This document shows, one piece after another, positions 31,343 to 44,007 of a DNA stretch of 64,000 bases (its first letter is position 1; the number at the start of each line of letters is the position of its first letter). Source of the DNA: Hyaloraphidium curvatum SAG 235-1 (taxonomy: Eukaryota > Fungi > Monoblepharomycota); NCBI GenBank assembly GCA_025558095.1, contig JAIVFI010000040.1:310001-374000 (forward strand), in the 5' to 3' direction. The position numbers and the translations under genes were made by a program. The notes under the pieces are model-generated. The model saw only the letters and a program-made list of their open reading frames with translations. It was not told the DNA's origin and made no database searches.

Positions 31343-33946
31343 ATGGAACTTGGGCTTCGACCCGGAGCAGGTTTGACCCTGCGCTCTGCCTTTTCCTTTC
31401 TCCTCTAAGCGTCGACCGCAGCTCCGGCTCCGTTACGTTGAGGAGAGGGACCGGAGGATTCGCTCCGACGCCGGGGAGCAGTTCGTGACCGTCGTATGTG
31501 CTTGCTCCGCAGTGGCCCACGTTTGCGGGTTCTAAATGTGTCCGACAGGGCGAGGGGAAGGGCGCAAAGTTCAGTGACTGGCTCACGGATCCCTGGGTGC
31601 CGAGGAAGGAGCGCGCTCCCGAGACGTTCACGACTTCCGCGCTCATCGTCGGTGCGGGCTTCACGGGGCTGTTGCTCGGGTCGCGGCTCCGGCAGAATGG
31701 GATTTCGGACTTTCGAATCATGGACAAGGCGGGCGACTTTGGCGGGACGTGGTGTAGGTCCAACCGCGGCCACTTCTCCTCTCGCGTCTGATCCTCGGAC
31801 GCCGTGACCAGATTGGAATCGCTATCCGGGGGCCGCGTGTGACTCGGAAGGTGCGTCCCTCGAGGACGCACATCCTGTTTGGTCACTGAAGTCCTTCCCG
31901 AACAGCCTACTGCTATCTGCCCATGTTGGAGGACACGGGGTACATGCCGTCAAGAAAGCAAGTACCGCTCTTTGTCCTCGGGGACGTGACCTCATCGATC
32001 GTCCGCAGATACGTCCCAGCTCCCGAGATCCTTCGCTACGCCCAGCGCATCGCCAAGCAGTTCGACCTCTACTCGAACGCCATGTTCCACACGTCCCTCA
32101 TAGAAGCTCGCTGGGACGACACCGCCAAAGTTTGGACTGGCTTCACCGATCGTGGGGACAGGTTCACGACCAAGTTCCTGATGGTTGTCGGCGGCCGTGA
32201 GTTCTCGAATCGGCGGGTACTGGCTCTCTAGCTGGGCTCACCGAATGTACGTCCCGCCATGCAGCTTTAAACTGCCCGCACCTTCCCGACGTGCCCGGCA
32301 TCGACTCTTTCGAGGGCAAGGAGTTTCACACGGCGCGCTGGGACTACGCCTACACCGGCGGCGATCCGATGAAGGAGGACTACAACATGACCAAGCTGGC
32401 GGACAAGACGGTCGCCATCATTGGTGAGGCGACGTCCTTGGTGGCTAGATGTCGATCGTCTCATGACTTCGGCCCATCCAGGAACCGGAGCTACGGCAGT
32501 CCAGTGTTGGTCTCCCTTTCTTAGCTCCGCAATTCACACCAGCTCACCTCGTTGATGCAGGCATTCCTTACCTCGCCGCCTCGGCCAAGAAGCTCCTCGT
32601 CTTCCAGCGCACGCCCGCCGCCGTCGACGTACGCGCCAACCGCCCCACCGACCCGGCGTGGTGGAAGGAGCTCACAAGCCACAAGGGCTGGCACGCCGCG
32701 CGGGACGAGCGGTTCCAGCGGGGCGCCCTCGTGGTGGGCTACGACAACCCGCTGGACGACGGGTTCTCCAACTCGCTCGTGGAGTGGGCGGCGTTCGCCA
32801 CGAGGAAGAAGCTCAGCGGGGGGAAGGAGGGAGCGGGCATCTCCACGGGGGCGCTGTATCAGCTCGGGGACTACAGGATCATGGAGCGCATCCGCAAACG
32901 CGTCGAGGACACGATCGTGGACAAGAAGCTGGCAGAGGCCCTGAAGCCGTGGTACAACCTCTGGTGCGTGCTCTTCTGGCGTCGGGTATCTTCAGCACTC
33001 AATTCCATGGCCCGTAGGTGCAAGAGGCCAGTATACAGCGACGAATACCTCCCGGCTTTCAACCGCCCGAACGTGGAGCTCGTGGACTGCTCTCAAGAGA
33101 AGGGCATCGAGGCAATCACCCCGCGGGGCATCGTCGTCGGCGGCAAGGAGCATCCCGTGGATTGCATCGTCTGGTCAACGGTGAGTGTTCGGTCGGTCTC
33201 GTTGATCTTCATAATGCTCACGCGGCCCGATCGCAGGGCTTCACGATCGCCGCCAACCTGGAGATCAAGACCGACTACAAGATCATTGGACGGGACAACC
33301 TCACGCCGAGGGAGAAGCACGCCAAGTACAAGTTCTCGACCCTTTTCGGTGGGGCGCACACTTCCTTTACCCGCAACGATTCCTTACGGATCGACCGCCA
33401 AAGGCGTCTGCACCAACGGCTTCCCCAACGCCTTCAACTTCGGCATCGCCCAGGCCGCGGGCTCGCCCAACTTCACCTCCATCTTCGGCATCCAGGCGAC
33501 CTTCGTCGCCGGGCTGGTTGCCGAGGCCCTGCGGCGCGGCGTCGCCGTGCTAGAAGTCACCCGCGAGGCCGAGGAGGCCTGGACCAAGGAAGTGCAGAGA
33601 TCGGGGCCCGACAACTCGAAGCAGCGGGAAACGTGCACCCCGGGCTACCGTACGTGCGTCTTGGAAGCAGACCGGGTAAAATTCGCTGATGGCGCTGCCC
33701 GACCGCAGTGAACGCCGAAGGCGATCTCGAGAAGCTGAAGGTCATCGTCGACCGTGCGCGTCCCCACGGTGCCGGCCCCCTCGTCTACCGGGACCGCATA
33801 TTTGGACACCTGGCCAAGGCAAAAGAGGTGGGTGTCTGCTGCATTCCAGTGCTGGATGGCTCACAGTTGTGATCCGTCGGCAGACGGGCGTTTTCGATGG
33901 ATTCGCGGTGTCGTACGCTGCGGGCAAGGGTGATGCGCGGTTGTGA
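31343..33946 (+). CDS. Baeyer-Villiger monooxygenase (type I, PntE/PtlE/CPDMO-like), many introns
   Basis: LRLRYVEERDRRIR, IVGAGFTG, GGTWYWNRYPGAACDSE, BVMO fingerprint FEGKEFHTARWDY, VAIIG-TGATAVQ, FQRTP, CKRP and CTPGY. Start approximate. Confidence 0.9.
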
Positions 33947-34129
33947 AAAGTTGTAGGTAGCCAAATAGACAACGCGCCGCAACAGCGACTAGTAAATTGT
34001 GCCGGGGGCGACAGCAAGAGACAGCAAGTGGCGGTGGCGACGGACCACGATCGACCCCGGTCCACAACTGTCTCCCTCGCTGCCAAACAGACCCGCACTC
34101 GTTCCACTTCTGCCGCTCCGCTCGGCACG

Positions 34130-35003
34130 ATGTCGCTCGTCCGTTACGAAGTCAGCGACCCGGTCGCGGTCATCACCCTCTCCCGGCCCGCGCAGCTGAA
34201 TGCGCTCACGTATCCCATGCTCGCCGAGTTCCGCGCGCGCGTCGAGGAGGCCGAGGCCGACGAGCGCGTCGTGGGGATCATCGTCACGGGAGACGGCAGG
34301 GGGTTCTGTGCCGGGCTGGACGCCGAGGTGCTCAAGGCCACGACGTCGCCGGGCGGCAAGAGCGTCGCCACCGAGGGGGCGGCGCCCCGGCCCGACGATG
34401 TGCCCGGTGGGTGGCACGCTTCCTGTCCTCTACCGGAAGGAAATTTGAACAAAGGAGTTTCCAGGCCTCTTCACGTACCTGCTCAAAATCAGGAAGCCGA
34501 TCATCGCGGCCGTCAACGGCCCCGCTGCCGGCGGCGGCTTCATCCTTGCGGTCATGTCCGACATCCGCATCGCCTCCACCGCGGCCTCCTTCACCACCGT
34601 GTTCTCCAAGCGCGGCCTGCTCTCGGAGCACGGGTCCACCTGGATCCTGCCCCGCATCGTCGGCACCGGCCGTGCGCTCGACCTCCTGTGGAGCTCGCGC
34701 AAGGTGGACGCGCAGGAGGCGCTCCGGATCGGCCTGGTCAACGAGGTCGTGGAGCCGGGGCAGCTGCTGGCGAGGGCAAAGGCCTACGTCAAGGAGCTCG
34801 CGGACTTTGCGTCGCCGGGGTCGTTCGCCGACACCAAGGCGCTCGTTTACCGCCACATGGGCATCGGGTACCCCGAGGCGCTGCGCGAGGCGGACAAGCT
34901 GCAGTGGGAGGTCATCGCGAGGCCCGACGCGCTCGAGGGGGCCATGTCGCTCATCGAGAGGCGGCCGCCCAAGTTCCAGCGGCTCGGCAAGGCCAAGATC
35001 TGA
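34130..35003 (+). CDS. enoyl-CoA hydratase/isomerase family protein
   Basis: ITLSRPAQLNAL, RGFCAGLD, KPIIAAVNGPAAGGG and RGLLSEHG. Intron at 34407-34464. Confidence 0.92.
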
Positions 35004-35222
35004 GGCCGTGCGGAGATGGTGGGACATGGCAGTGGGCCAGATGGCGCACGATGAAGCAGCGACCAAACGGACAATGTCTTTGGGGGACCGGTGGGAAGTC
35101 GACGTGTTGGAGAAGGTGAATTGTGAAAGATGTCGTCCATCCCGGCGACATCGCGTCCAAGTGAGCCCATTCCCGCGGCATCCCGTCACCATGCATAAGC
35201 ATAGCCAGTTCCCGTCCAACGG

Positions 35223-35714
35223 CTAGCTCTGCTTGGGCCCCTCTGCCTTCTGCTCCCCCGGCCGCACCACGCCCGCCCTCTCCCGCTCCCTGTCCACAAA
35301 GTCCCTCTTCTCCTCGCCCGCGAGCTGCCTCGCCAGCTCCCAGAACGCCTGCTTGTTCACGCCGGCCTGGCCGACCAGCCTGCGCGCCTCCTCGCCCAGC
35401 GGCGAGTCCACGGCCATCAGGCACGCGGTGCACTGGATCGCGGTGAACCGCGTGCCGAACAGCGCCATGCCCGCGGCGATCGCCGAGACGAGGAGGAACT
35501 GCGCGCCGAACGCCGCGGTGCGCGGCGGCCGCGCGGTGAGCAGCGCGGGGTCGATCATGCGCCAGCCGAGCAGCACCGTGCCGGCCATGGTGCCGCCGAG
35601 CGCGTACGTCGAGTGGCTGCGGAACCGCGAGAGGCACGCGGCGTCGCCGGGCACCGAAGAGTGCTTCTCGCCGAGAGCGGCGAGGTGCGCCGCCAGCCGC
35701 TGCTCGAGGAGCAT
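35223..35714 (-). CDS. hypothetical 2-TM protein
   Basis: Strong codon bias, two hydrophobic segments and a C-x2-C...DSPLGEEAR motif. Function unknown. Confidence 0.6.
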   Translation of the reverse strand: MLLEQRLAAHLAALGEKHSSVPGDAACLSRFRSHSTYALGGTMAGTVLLGWRMIDPALLTARPPRTAAFGAQFLLVSAIAAGMALFGTRFTAIQCTACLMAVDSPLGEEARRLVGQAGVNKQAFWELARQLAGEEKRDFVDRERERAGVVRPGEQKAEGPKQS

Positions 35715-37330
35715 CGGAACGGTTTGTTGACGTCGCGTCGTCCCCACTCGGCGTCGAATGTCGAAGATGCGCATCAACAGAGCGCCGACGTTTGTCCTTG
35801 ATGGAATGATACAGCAACTAGACAGCAAGGGTGATTCAAAAGCAGAGCTTTTCAAGTCTTCGTGGTTGATGTCTTCTCGTCCCACTGTCCTCACGTCTGA
35901 CAGTCAGAGCCGCAGAGACCTGGGACAGAACTCGGCTCGAGGACCTTGTTCGGGCATTCAAAGAGACCTCTTCATGTCCCAATTGACTTTTGTTTATTCT
36001 ACAAGGAAGAAGGGTGGAAGACCACCAAGGCCATCCGCTGTCCTGTCCTGCACCAGGCAAGCAGACATTCTTCAATCCGACTCTGCGACGGGGGCACCGG
36101 CCCGGACTCGGAGCTCGAACCGGCTGTGGCAACTCCTCCTCCACTGCCGCCCTGTCACTTGCCACGGTGGCCGACAAGGTGCGGCCCGCGGCCGACCGGG
36201 CTTCTACCTACCGCAGCCGCTCTGCACAATGCTCGGCCGCCGCGGCCGCGGGGCAGCGGGATATCCACCGGGGAACGGTCGCGTAGTATTCCGACGGCTA
36301 CCGCGCTCTGAGACGTCCTCATGGATCGGGGACAAGGGGCTGACGGAGATAGGCTTCGGTGGTTTGGGTGCCGCTTCCCCGCTGCGTCCCATTTCCCGGA
36401 TTCGGGGACGCAGACCCACTCGAGGACCCGAAAAAGGGAGAAGCCAAGTAGGATACTGTAGGGACGTTGTCAACCGGTGGTTGTTTCTTCGCCGTCAGCC
36501 CCCTAGCCGACAAGGACCGACCGACGCCGACCCGTCCGACCCACCAAACGGATAAGCAGCCGGTCCGCGGCCGCCGACCGAACCACCCGGCCACTTGCCA
36601 CCGGCGGTCTCCCCCGCCGATCTTGATCGGTCCGTTCGGGACGCAGGGCCCGGAACCGTCGGCCCAGCCGGGGTGCGGTTCGGGACGGGTCGGGGAGGCG
36701 GACGCCGGATGCAGCGCGGACTTTGCACGATCGGCGGCCTCGGGGCCGGGATCGGTGGGGCGGGAGGGTGGAGAAGGTGCCGGCGGTGGTTCTGGGTCGG
36801 GAAAGGCGCGGTGTGGGTCGTAGGGGAGTCGGAGGTGGGGACCGGATGCGTTTCATTGCGGCAGGGTGGCTGGCGCGGCGGCAAACACCTTCGCGACCGC
36901 TGCTGGTTTCGGGGCCACGGCGGGCTGCCGCCGCCCACAGAGGCGCCCCGGTTGGTCATTTGCGTCTCCTTCCGAGGGCTACGAGGGTTTTGGGCGCGCT
37001 GTGGTCGCTGGGGCGCCGGCGGCAAACGCTGACTAGCTCGAAGGGACCTCTTTTTTATTGCGGCGGGGTTCGGCTGCGGTTGCGGTCGGTCGGCAACTCG
37101 GGGCCTAGGCCAAAAGCTTGCCCTTGGCCCCCTGCGGCGGCCTCGGCAAAAGGCGTCCCGTCTGCGGAAATCCATACTCACCACCGACACTCAGCGCCAC
37201 CGACCGCTCCCACGGCGGCCGCCTAGCTCCGGCGCACCCGCCGCCCGCCTCTCTCTCCCCCCAGGGCCCGGCTGCCCCCCGCCCGCCCCCGCCCGCCCCG
37301 CCCCGCCCGCCCCCCCGGCCACCGCCCGCG

Positions 37331-39406
37331 ATGGCGCCGTCGACACAGAACGCGCACGACCACGCGGCGCAGCTGCCCGAGAACTACGTGCTGAACGGCA
37401 CCTGGGTCCTCGGCCGCGTGCTCGGGACCGGCTCCTACGCCACGGTGCGGCTCGCCCGCCACGCCGTCACCGGCCAGCTGGCCGTGTGCAAGACCACCAC
37501 GGTCAAACCCTCGGCAAACCAGAAGGACATGGAGATCCAGCGCATCAGGCTGCAGCGCGAGGTCGCCTGCCTGCTGCACCTCGACGGCCACCCCAACATC
37601 GTGCGCATCTACGACGTCGTCGCCGACCTGCCCAAGGACACGGTGCACATCGTCATGGAGTACGTCGAGGGCGAGGAGCTCTACGAGTACCTCAAAAAGT
37701 GCCCCGACCGCCGCGCCGACGAGGAGACCGTGCGCAACATCGCGCGCCAGGTGCTCAACGCGTTCGTCTACATGCACGAGCAGAAGACCGTGCTGCACCG
37801 GGACATTAAGGTGGGTACCCGCCGCGAGCGGCAAAGGGGCCGCGGTCTGACTTTTCGCCCCGCGAAGCTCGACAACATCATGCTGAGCAAGGACGGCCAG
37901 GTGAAGCTCATCGACTTCAACCTTTCGACCATGTTCTCCACCGACCCCTCCCGCAAGCTGACCGAGAGCGTCGGGTGGGTGTTCGCCGGCGGCAGAGGCA
38001 GTTTTCGGCGGCGCTGACCGGCCTTGCCCTCTCCCAGCTGCATCCACTACGCCTCCCCCCAGATCCTCGAAGCCGCCCACCGGATACCCTACTCGGCCGC
38101 CAACGGCTGGTCGGACGTGTGGTCCTTCGGCGTCGTCGTCTTTGCCCTGCTCCAGGGTGTGTTCCCCTTCAAGGAGCTCACGCCGACCAAGCTCCACGGC
38201 GAGATCCAGCGCCGCGGGGGCAAGAACCTCACCTTCCCCGTGCCCATCTCGTGGCAGGCGCGGATGTTCATTACGGACGTGCTTGACCCCTACCGCCGCT
38301 GGTGCGCGCGGGACCTGCTCAACCATCCCTTCGTGGTGGGCGTGGGCACGCCGATCTGGGACACGGAGAGCTCCAACACCATGTCGTCGGCCGGCACGCT
38401 CGTCGGCGCCACGCCGTCCGAGTCGAACGGGTTCGATTTCCTCAACCTCCCCCGCGGGCGCTTCCAGCAGCCCGCGACGCCGATGCACCCCTCGCTGGCG
38501 CTGCTCAAGGAGCAGCTGCCGGCCCCGCGGACGCCCAACACGGCCACGGAAATCACCTTGGGCAACATGGGCAGCCAGAACTACTTCAACATACAGCCGA
38601 TCCCGACGCCGACAGCGGCCGGCCAGATGATGCCCTCGGCGCAGCCGAGCCCGGACTTCTCGCGCCAGCAGGCGCAGCAGCAGGCGCCGCTGCAGCCCCT
38701 TGGCACCCCCGCGTTCGGCACCGGCCGCACGACCACCCCGGGGGAGCGCTCTGGAGCGCAGTACTTCAACCTGCCCCGCAACCTCACCTTCCCGAACCCC
38801 TCCACCCCCTCCTTCCTTCCCAACAACAACTACCCGCAACCGGCCGCGTCGCCGAACCCCACTCCCGCCGCACCCCCGCCGAACCCGGCATTCCGCGGGC
38901 TGCAGTGCCCCCCCGCCCGCCTCCGCGGCTCCCCGCGCACGGAACAGCCCGTGGGCCCCTCCCCGCTCTCCGGCCCCCCGGAGTCGCGGGCCCTGGCCGT
39001 GCAAACGCCACCTGCAACCCCCGGCCTGGTCGGCCCCATCCCCATGGGTGGCGCGATCGACTTCCTCTCCCCTTCGCCGCCCGCCACCGAGCCCGCCGCC
39101 CCCGTCGTCCTCGGCCCCATCCCCGCCTCGCAGCTGCCTACGCCCTCCACCCCGGGGCAGAACAACGGCGCCCGCACGCCCGGCTCCACAGTGTCGACCG
39201 ACTCGGCCGGCAGCGGGTGGAAGGTGCAGCTGGCGGCGCTCAACAGCTACTCGAAGCTGCTTATGCGCGACGCGGCGGCCAAGCTGGACGCCGCGACGGG
39301 CGGCCAGGCCAAGGCGGAGGAGAGCTTCGAGGCCGAGGCGTCGGGAAGCATGACGAGGTTGCAGAGGGCGGCGTGGAAGATGGGTGTGCACAACCTGCTG
39401 AACTGA
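37331..39406 (+). CDS. CAMK-group Ser/Thr protein kinase with atypical DFN and SPQ motifs and a long Pro-rich tail
   Basis: LGTGSYATV, AVCK, HPNIVRI, HRDIK|LDN, LIDFNLS, ESVG|CIHYASPQ and SDVWSFGV. Introns at 37811-37867 and 37975-38037. Confidence 0.9.
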
Positions 39407-39762
39407 GCTGCTGTGGAAAGGTGGAAGGACTCTGGCACGGAGATACCCGATGTAAATGCTATGCACGGTGACTATTGAGAGATCTTGAGAGAGCGACGAT
39501 ATTTGCTTTTGTGCGAGTCCGAGTCCATCACTTGTGATTTGGAGCGCAAGCCCGATCGGAGTTGGTGCGACCGCCGCCACGAACGGGGCGGAGTTACGGC
39601 AAGGCGCTTAGGGACACAAACCCAACGGTCACGACACCTCAATTGCTTTGAGTGCGCACTCAGCTTTGGACCGCCTGGGCTACGAAGGATCCGCCTCTGG
39701 CGAGACCTGAGCTGTCTGCGGCGTCGGCGTCGACCGGCCGCCGAACCCGAGTCCTCGCCGCC

Positions 39763-41406
39763 ATGTGGCCCTCTTTCCTTGCCTCCCTCTTCCTCGCCTT
39801 CTTCCTCTCGCTCCTATCTTCAACGACGGCCCTCCGGATCCTCACGCTCGTGGATCCACCCTCCCCGATGCTCGCCGGCGCCGCGACTTCCTTGCGCCTC
39901 CTCCTGCGCGACCCCATGAGGCGCATGCAGCCCGCCACCATCGACTCCCTCGTTCCTCCTCCTTCCCTGGACGGCCGGGCCGGCGGCCTCGTGCACGTCT
40001 TCGCCGCCCTCGCGGAACCCCCGGGCCTGGCCCATGCACGGCTCGTGGCGTCGCAGGACGCCGAAAACGCCACCCTGTTCCTCGTCCGCACGTCGTTCCC
40101 CGTTCCTGGAATCTACAAGCTTCGAGCAAGGTTCGCCGTTCTGAACCCTGGGACCCCAAGATGGGACGATCCGGCGGCGATGACGAGGACGAGGGAAGTC
40201 GAAATGGTCCAGCTGGGCAGGGGCGGGGAGGCGTGGGCGGTCGACGAGGCAGCGGATGAGACACTGCTTGAGGACGAGGTGGAGATTGTCGTCGGGGTTG
40301 GGCCGATTCCCGTGAAGGAAGGTCTGATCACGGACGGGGTGGCGGTGGGGAGAAAGGACGAGGCTGGATGGACCGTCTTTGGAGCCCGGCCGACACCGGA
40401 CGCGGACGTGAGGATGGATGCCAAGTGGCTGCCCAGGTTGAGGAAGCCAGAGACTGTGATCGACGACCGATGCAACCTGCTTCTGGTCACGTTCTCGCGC
40501 ACGCTCGGGAAACGGGGATCGGAGACGGCGGCGCCGATCATGGGAACGGATTGGATCGAGCCCATCACGGATCTGATTTCAGGTGGGCTTTGCAGCATTT
40601 TCTCTCGGGACCAGAAGCTGACGGCGACCTCACTGCCGTAGCGGCGCGGATTGGCAACTCGGACGTGGCTTCGCCCTTGCACATCACCACCGTTTCGGAG
40701 AAGCGGATCGCTCATTCGAACATTGCCATCCCCTTGCATGCCGTCGCTGACATCAGAACTGGGGCCGTTCCGGACCTTTGCACCAGACAGGTCATGAAAG
40801 CGTGAGTCTGATGGGCCGGCCCACTACTGCGCTGCTTCGCTGACCGACTCCTCGATCCTTTGCTACAGAGCGTTGAACCGATCTTTGGCTTCCGCGACCA
40901 ACTTTCGGGACGGCATCGAGTACCCTTGGCCGGACGACGGTTCGTACGGCAGCGCCGTGGATCCCTGGAGTTTGCGCTTCGGACCTTCTTTCGTCGTTCC
41001 CCTCGTCTTGCCAGCAAATGGAAAGCACCGGGTGGTGGTCGAGGCCCAGACCGCCAGCGGGGAGGGTATCGTGACCTCGATCGTGTTCTCCGTCGGTCAT
41101 GGGCCGGCGATTGCGGTTCAGGTAGGGCGCGGTCAGGCTGCGGCCCTTGCGATCACATTTGGGATGCTCGGAGCAGCCTTTTGCTTCTCGGCTCTGGGCT
41201 TCGCGGTCTTCAAAGCCTCGCAGAAAGCCAAAACGCTGCCCGAAGGTGTCTACGCGGAGTTGCCGGGCGTGCCTTGGGTGTCGCCCGTTGACGGTTCGGG
41301 TACGGCCAAGACGGAGCTCGCGGATGAAGTCAAATCTCGGGCCGGCGAAGAAGATGTGCTTCTGGAGGCGACGCTGGAAGCAGGGAGAAGGGCAGATGGT
41401 CTTTGA
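39763..41406 (+). CDS. type I membrane protein with two repeated beta-rich (YtkA/Ig-like) extracellular modules
   Basis: Signal peptide. Repeats FPVPGIYKLRARF and LPANGKHRVVVEAQ, each preceded by an H-hydrophobic strand (VHVFAA; LHITTV). C-terminal TM. Introns at 40583-40641 and 40802-40868. Confidence 0.6.
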
Positions 41407-41493
41407 TTGCTGCATTGTTGCTTTTTTCTTCTTCGGAATGAAGAAGGAAGCCTTGCGAGTTGACGCGGTCCCCCTTCTCTTTGTCACCCAAAA

Positions 41494-42027
41494 ATGCCCA
41501 CGACCACGCAGTCATTCCGCCTCAGCCACCGGTTTGCGGGCATCTCGCGTTCCAAAGTCCGAGAATTCTATACGGACCTCCATCGGTTGCGGGATATCCA
41601 CCCGTTCATCGTGGAGATTGAAGAAGTGGGCCTCGACGGACTCAAAATCGGCAATAAGGAGCTCGTAAAGCTCCCGCCTTCGGCGCCGCCTGGCTCGGCC
41701 GTCGGAAAGGCATATCGAATCACCGACAAGCTTCAGCTGTTCTCTTTTCTGCCCTTCACCATCGTGTACGAAACAGTTTGCGTCGAGGACGACGCGTCGG
41801 CCGACGGCCAGCCGCTGCAGTTTACTGTATTCCCGGGCTCGTACACTCGCATGAAGACGAGCTATACGTTTAAGGAGGATTCGGACGGCTCGTGTATCTT
41901 GGAAGAGACTGTTGAGGTCGTAGGTGAAGGTTGGGCGGGCTGGCTCCTGGTTGGCGAGACGGCCCGCGGAGCCCAAAAGGGCCACTTGGAAACGTTTCGG
42001 AAGCTAGAGGAGGTTCTTCGTGGATAA
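41494..42027 (+). CDS. SRPBCC/START-like ligand-binding domain protein
   Basis: LRDIHPFIVEI, YRITDKL and YTFKEDSDGSCILEETVEV, with a C-terminal amphipathic helix. Confidence 0.65.
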   Translation: MPTTTQSFRLSHRFAGISRSKVREFYTDLHRLRDIHPFIVEIEEVGLDGLKIGNKELVKLPPSAPPGSAVGKAYRITDKLQLFSFLPFTIVYETVCVEDDASADGQPLQFTVFPGSYTRMKTSYTFKEDSDGSCILEETVEVVGEGWAGWLLVGETARGAQKGHLETFRKLEEVLRG

Positions 42028-42131
42028 AGCTGGAGAGCATTGTCGCTTGGGAGACAGTTCGTCGGGAAGCCGGCCATCACGACCGCTGACTGGTCGCTCA
42101 CACCGGACCCAACACCCACTTCCACGAAGCC

Positions 42132-43781
42132 ATGGACGTGCGTGACGGCTCGCGGAAGCGGGGTCGGCGCGCTCTCGCGATGGCGAGCCAGGGGAAACTC
42201 GCAGCGCCCGGTTCGGTGACCGTATCGGACGGCAACATCGTGGCGGCTGCGCCCCCCAAGAAAGACATCGAGCTCATCGAGATCTCTTCCGATGACGACG
42301 AAGGGCCTCCGGCAAAGATGACTGCTCAGCGGCGTCGCGCGGTTCCTCGGGACAGCGCCTCTGTGCCCGCCTCGACTCCGACGGGAGGCCCGGTCGAGCC
42401 CGCGAGCATCTTCAACCGCGGTCAGCTTCGGTTCGCCCTGCCCGAGATCTGCCGCTTGTTCGTGAAGACGTTCCCTCGCCAGCCGAGCATGCTCGCTCTG
42501 GAGGACATTCTGGACGCCAAGAACCTTCTCCGCGGCATCGTGACCAGCTTCGATTTCGACGATCACTTGCTGAAGAGTGCTCTGCGCGACGCGTCTACGG
42601 ATCTTCACCTTTGGATCGGCTTGCCCGAGTCTGAAAAGCAAGAGAGGCCCGCCGCCGGAGTCTACCCGTTCTCGTCGGATTGGAAGAACGTGAAGATCGT
42701 GGTGCTCGAAAAACCCCGTTGCACGGGCGACAGCACTCCAAGCTGATGGTTCTGGAGTTCAAGAACTTCGTTAGAGTGGTCGTCTCGTCGGGAAAGTGAG
42801 TGAGGCCGTCGCAGAAGGTGTCCTGTCCGCTGATGCCCCTCCAGCATCACGAAACGCGAGCTTCTCAACGTGGAAAACACCATGTTCGTGCAGGACTTTC
42901 CGCGCACTTCCTTCTCGCCGTCGAAACCGGCCGCAAGCCTCTACTCCAAGGTGATGAAGCAAGATGCTTGGAATCCGACCTTCGGAGAGGCAGTCCTCGA
43001 CTTTCTCCAGGCGTTTGGCTTTCCGCCGGAGGCGACCGAGTGGATCAGCGGCTTCGACTACCAGACCGAGGCTGTCTTTGTCGGCTCGAGGCCCGTACAC
43101 CAGCTGCCCGACTTTGATCGCGTGCACAAGTACGGGCTCGCGCGGCTCAGCGGTGCTGTGAAGCAGATGGGCTTCGGCGGAAGGAAGATCGAAGTGGAGT
43201 TCGCAACGAGCACCTTGGGAGCTCTGGATACGGCCTGGATCGAAGAAGTCAAGCGGGCTGCTGCTGGTCTACGCCCTCGGTCTGCGTCAACGCACGACAC
43301 CAGGTTCAAGATCCTCTATCCGACGCTGAGCACTGTGCAGAGCTCGCTGGCAGCTCGCGTGAACACCAAGGAGCACTTGGTCATCTTCGAATGGGGCTCC
43401 GAAAAGTGGAGCAAGTGCACCAAGGACGTCAAAGCGCTGTTCCACGACTACGAGTCTCGCCGCCAGCTGCTCCTGTCGCACGCCAAGTTCATGCTTGTCG
43501 AGAGCGAGATCGCCGCGCCCAACGGAGTCTACGGTTACCGCTTCGTGGGATCGCAGAACCTGACCAAGACGGCGTGGGGACAGTGGACCAAGGACGGGAA
43601 GCTTTTCGGATGCCTGAACTGGGAAGCGGGGGTCTTGGTTCCGAGCAAGCTCGGCAGCGGAGGCACGCCGGCAAGGCGCTCGATCCCGACGCCGTACAAG
43701 AGACCTGCTCGGCCCTACGGCAAGGATGACGTTCCAATCTTGCGCCGCGAGCACTTTCCCAAACCCAAGTCGCCGCCCTGA
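42132..43781 (+). CDS. TDP1: tyrosyl-DNA phosphodiesterase 1 (PLD superfamily), apparent 1-nt frameshift near 42715
   Basis: First HKN motif HSKLMVLEF...RVVVSSGN (frame-shifted; intron about 42796-42844), ENTMFVQDFP, and second motif HAKF...GSQNLTKTAWG...NWEAGVL. Confidence 0.85.
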
Positions 43782-44007
43782 AGTCGCTTGACTCGAAGAC
43801 GGCGTGGAAGACCAATCCACCGCCGTGGCTTTCCCAACTCGCCGCCTTGAGGTCGATGCACTCGAAGTGGCTAGATACCATCTTGCATCATTTGTAGTTG
43901 GACTCCGCGAGCAAATCATACCCTTTGGAACGTTGATTCGAGGCGTGTCCCCGATGGGATTGGGGCAGCCGTGCCGATCCGCTCGACGATCTTCCAACAC
44001 CTCCGCC

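Noticed and set aside
29310-35003. FAD monooxygenase + BVMO + enoyl-CoA hydratase as a biosynthetic or catabolic cluster
   Set aside because: They are co-oriented, but there is no backbone synthase, transporter or regulator, and a pseudogene relic interrupts them. Co-expression data would be needed.
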